Assembly: GCA_017431515.1 (NCBI GenBank) | Contig: JAFRKV010000028.1 | Location: 17,004 to 81,003, forward strand | Source: Lachnospiraceae bacterium | GTDB taxonomy: Bacteria; Bacillota; Clostridia; Lachnospirales; Lachnospiraceae | Length of the DNA: 64,000 nucleotides | Direction of reading: 5' to 3' | Shown: in pieces, positions 61,119-64,000 of the stretch | How the letters are laid out: each line of letters opens with the position of its first letter | How positions within the stretch are numbered: position 1 is the stretch's first letter | The notes under the pieces: model-generated | Told to the model about the DNA's origin: nothing | The model's input: the letters and a program-made list of their open reading frames with translations, nothing else | Databases searched by the model: none | Made by a program: the position numbers and the translations under genes

Positions 61119-62858
61119 TTATTCTTCGGAACCCTTGTCGTCTTCGTCGGACATCTTGAAGAAGCTCATCTCCTGGTTCAACTGGGTTGCCAGCTGCTTC
61201 AGATCTCTTGCCGAGGTATTGATCAGTTCGAAGGTCGCGTTCAGCTCTTCCATGGAAGCGTTGGTCTCCTGGGTGGAAGCTGCGTTCTCTTCGGAGATCG
61301 CGGACAGATCCTCGATGATCTCCATCAGGTTGTTCTTTGCGCGGCCCAGGTTCTGCACCTTGTCTGCGATCATCACAGAACTGTCGGTCACGTTCTGGAC
61401 GCCGTCCGCCATGCTGGTCATGTCGTTTCTCGTCTGATCCAGCTGCTGTGACTGCGCTTCGAATTCCTGATTCAGTTCTTCGATGGTCTTGACGCTCTTC
61501 TCGGACTCTGCCACCAGGTTCTTCACCACGTCGTTGATCTTGACTGCCGCTTCGCCGGACTGGGTCGCCAGAGAACCGATCTCCGTCGCCACCACTGCGA
61601 AGCCCTTGCCTGCCTCGCCTGCACGGGCAGCCTCGATGGAAGCGTTCAGAGACAGCAGGTTGGTCTGGCTGGAAATATCGGTGATGATCTCGGATGCCTG
61701 GCTGATATCCTTGACCGCATCGTTGGTGGCGCGGATCTGGGAATCGATGACCTGCATCGAAGAAACGACGTTTTCGTTCTGCTTTAAGAGCTGGTTCAAC
61801 GCATCCATTGCGCTGTCGCAGGCTTCTTTCATGCGGTTCGCGTATTCGGTCAGCTCGTCGATATTGGCGGTGATGCCTTCGATGTCGCTGCCGATGTCAT
61901 TGGTATTGTTTGCGGAAACCTGAATGCTCTCAGCCTGGGATACCGCACCCTTGCTGATGTCGTCCACAGCCTCGGTGACCTGACCGGAGGCTTGCGTCGC
62001 CTGCTCTGCGGAGCTGGAAAGATTCTCACCGGACTCGCTGACGTTGCCGGAGAGCTCCAAGGTGACTGAAATGACGGATTTCAGTTTTTCGCTCATGTCC
62101 TTGGTGTTCTCTGCGATATTGCCCAGCTCATCGGTACGTTTCAGGAGCTCCGGATCCACCTCGACTGCAAGATTGCCGCCCGACAGCTTCTCCAATGCTG
62201 CCACAATGGTCATCATTGCGCGGTTCGCATTCTTCGCCATGATGACGCCGATCACAGTAATGACCGCAACGATCACTGCCGCCACAATAACCATGGTCAG
62301 GATCGCTTTCCGGATATGCGCCGTCACCGCTGCCGAGGCACGCGCCGCGAAGGATGCGCCCACCACCGTGCCGTCCGGCTGCTTCAGCGGGGTATAGCAT
62401 GCATCGTATTTCTGTCCGCCGATGACGATGTTCCGGACATTCACGGTCTCGCCCGTCTGTATCTTTGCCCAGACATCTGCCGAGATCTGCGTGCCGACGT
62501 TACGCTCGTTGGTGCCCTCTTTCAGGAGGGTGGTGGCGATACGGGTATCGCCCCAGATCAGCGTATAGTCCAGACCCGTGTCTTGCTTTAATTTGTCAAT
62601 CAATTCATAATTGCCATTGATCTGGACGCCTTCTTTGTAAACATTGCCTTCCTCGTCCACGGTCCACTCGCCTTCAAAGGCGGTGTCGTAAACTTCCGCC
62701 AGGGTCTCTGCCTGTCCCTGCAGCATCTCTGTGATGGTCTCCTCATAGGCGTTGTCAATCTCCACGCCGCTCAGGACTGTCAGCACCACTGCCGTCACGA
62801 TCACAGAGATCAGAGAGATGCCCATCAGTTTGACTACCAGTTTTCCTTTCCGTTTCAT
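61119..62858 (-). CDS. Methyl-accepting chemotaxis protein (Cache-like ectodomain, HAMP, signalling domain)
   Basis: Has the conserved hairpin region [33 protein letters not shown]. Confidence 0.92.
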   Translation of the reverse strand: MKRKGKLVVKLMGISLISVIVTAVVLTVLSGVEIDNAYEETITEMLQGQAETLAEVYDTAFEGEWTVDEEGNVYKEGVQINGNYELIDKLKQDTGLDYTLIWGDTRIATTLLKEGTNERNVGTQISADVWAKIQTGETVNVRNIVIGGQKYDACYTPLKQPDGTVVGASFAARASAAVTAHIRKAILTMVIVAAVIVAVITVIGVIMAKNANRAMMTIVAALEKLSGGNLAVEVDPELLKRTDELGNIAENTKDMSEKLKSVISVTLELSGNVSESGENLSSSAEQATQASGQVTEAVDDISKGAVSQAESIQVSANNTNDIGSDIEGITANIDELTEYANRMKEACDSAMDALNQLLKQNENVVSSMQVIDSQIRATNDAVKDISQASEIITDISSQTNLLSLNASIEAARAGEAGKGFAVVATEIGSLATQSGEAAVKINDVVKNLVAESEKSVKTIEELNQEFEAQSQQLDQTRNDMTSMADGVQNVTDSSVMIADKVQNLGRAKNNLMEIIEDLSAISEENAASTQETNASMEELNATFELINTSARDLKQLATQLNQEMSFFKMSDEDDKGSEE

Positions 62859-63017
62859 AAATAAGATACTCCCCTTTCTGCAGTATGTTCTTCATGCGCA
62901 AAAAACTAAAGATTTTTCTAATCTATATTTAATGATATTCGTTTTCAGATAAAAAGCAAGCGTCTATCCAAAAAAAATATCGAATGCTCCGGTCAAATGC
63001 CTTTGGAAAGCGCCAAT

Positions 63018-63998
63018 CTATGCGGTGGGCGCGTTCCGGACGCCCACGATCAGGAGTTCCTCGCCATTCTCCATGGTCTTCGCCGCCTTCAACACCACGG
63101 GGTGGGGCGTTCCGTTCAGCATCAGGCGGTAGTTCATATGGAAACTCCCCTTCTCCTCGATCTCTTTCAGGACGTTGCTCCTGGTAAAGGTCTCATCAAA
63201 CATCGACAGATCGTCCTGACAGATCACTGCCCGCGCGTTCCGTTTGGAATCCTCAAAGAAGTCCTCTCCTTCTTTATTGACCCCGAGGCTCTCATAGTCT
63301 TTCGCCGCTTCAAATACCAGATAATGTCCGGTCGCCGGATTCACGGTGTAAAAGGCGATATACTCTCCGGAGAGAGCGCTGATCCGGTAATAGACGAGCC
63401 GCTCTTCCTTCAGGCGCTCCATGGCGGCCCGCTGCTGCATCTGGGCATCCACGTTGTTGACGCCGATGATGATATGGCTGCCGTCCGTTCCGATCCGGAT
63501 CGCTTTCATATTGACATAAATCCATTGATTCTCCATCAGGACGCGGTAGGTCTGGGTAAATACCCCATGCTCCCGAATGTTCGCAACGACATTTTCTTTG
63601 GTAAAGGCTTCGATAAACCCCTGCCGGTCATCCTTATGAAGCAGGGTCTCCGCATCCCGCCGGCTGGTGGCAAAGAATTCGTCTCCGCTCCGCTCCTCGA
63701 TGATGTCCTCATGCTCCATATCCGGATGGTATTCCACGAAATACTCCGTTTCCAGATCCACATAGAAGAGATTCAGGTAGTCCGCAGAAAGGGCCTGGGC
63801 CACGCTGGCGAAACTCAATGCACGCTGAGGTTCGTCATCCTCGCTGACATCCAGCATGACCACCGCAACAGCATTGACCTGATTCACCGGATTATGGGCC
63901 AGCTTCCGGATCAGCACTTTCAGTTTCTTCCGGTCTGCCGTCCGTTCATCAATGATCTCCTGTCCGCCTTTCCCGGCGATCTCCACCAGTTTCTTCAT
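63018..63998 (-). CDS. Tandem PAS-like sensor-domain protein (possibly 5'-truncated by the window edge)
   Basis: Two internal repeats follow the pattern DFF..S...A......D...F.E.FT..NV...I...G.F...YR........YV..KA. The ATG at 63998 lies 2 nt from the window end, so the true start is unknown. Confidence 0.6.
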   Translation of the reverse strand: MKKLVEIAGKGGQEIIDERTADRKKLKVLIRKLAHNPVNQVNAVAVVMLDVSEDDEPQRALSFASVAQALSADYLNLFYVDLETEYFVEYHPDMEHEDIIEERSGDEFFATSRRDAETLLHKDDRQGFIEAFTKENVVANIREHGVFTQTYRVLMENQWIYVNMKAIRIGTDGSHIIIGVNNVDAQMQQRAAMERLKEERLVYYRISALSGEYIAFYTVNPATGHYLVFEAAKDYESLGVNKEGEDFFEDSKRNARAVICQDDLSMFDETFTRSNVLKEIEEKGSFHMNYRLMLNGTPHPVVLKAAKTMENGEELLIVGVRNAPTA

Positions 63999-64000
63999 AA

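Noticed and set aside
62977-63008. A possible sigma-D/FliA promoter (CAAA...TTCGATAT) upstream of the MCP gene.
   Set aside because: Only the CGATAT core matches GCCGATAT. The TAAA-like element is CAAA/AAAG and sits 16-17 nt away rather than 15. A sigma-A-like TTGCTT-16-TATCAT lies closer to the gene and is at least as good.

Overview
The window is a 64-kb chromosomal segment that looks like a motile, anaerobic Firmicute (Clostridia, possibly Lachnospiraceae-like). That assignment is inferred from gene content only: nrdDG, ppdK, cheV/MCP, ROK glucokinase and many zinc-ribbon proteins. I call 61 protein-coding features, and 59 of them are on the minus strand. I found no rRNA, tRNA, CRISPR array, transposase, integrase or prophage gene.

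The core of the window (about 14.5-37.8 kb and 45.6-62.9 kb) is housekeeping:
- ppdK, glyQS, recO, era and an M16 peptidase
- mscS, DUF1015-serA-serC-ilvB-ilvD-leuB, glcK, yajC and tgt
- ung, hisHF and cheV
- a two-kinase/one-regulator phosphorelay, an MFS transporter, nrdDG and an MCP

Three stretches look accessory:
1. 1-13.7 kb holds two paralogous modules of an atypical Ser/Thr kinase plus an XRE-like HTH. It also holds a near-gapless operon of mini-regulators and membrane proteins, an HD-GYP gene, zinc-ribbon membrane proteins and GNATs.
2. 38.1-45.3 kb holds an N/S/T-rich protein with a CsrA-type leader, lipoproteins, a radical-SAM gene remnant, an internally deleted ABC-F gene with a leader attenuator, an AT-rich transglutaminase-like lipoprotein island and an exported VanX-type dipeptidase.
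3. 47.7-49.6 kb holds a large acidic/lysine-rich membrane-anchored protein.

I do not see a recognisable defence or mobile system. The most system-like novelty candidate is the repeated kinase-HTH module together with the nine-gene operon at the left edge.

All functional calls come from motif recognition by eye; no database search was run. The many long plus-strand ORFs in the supplied track are codon-aligned antisense shadows of real minus-strand genes.
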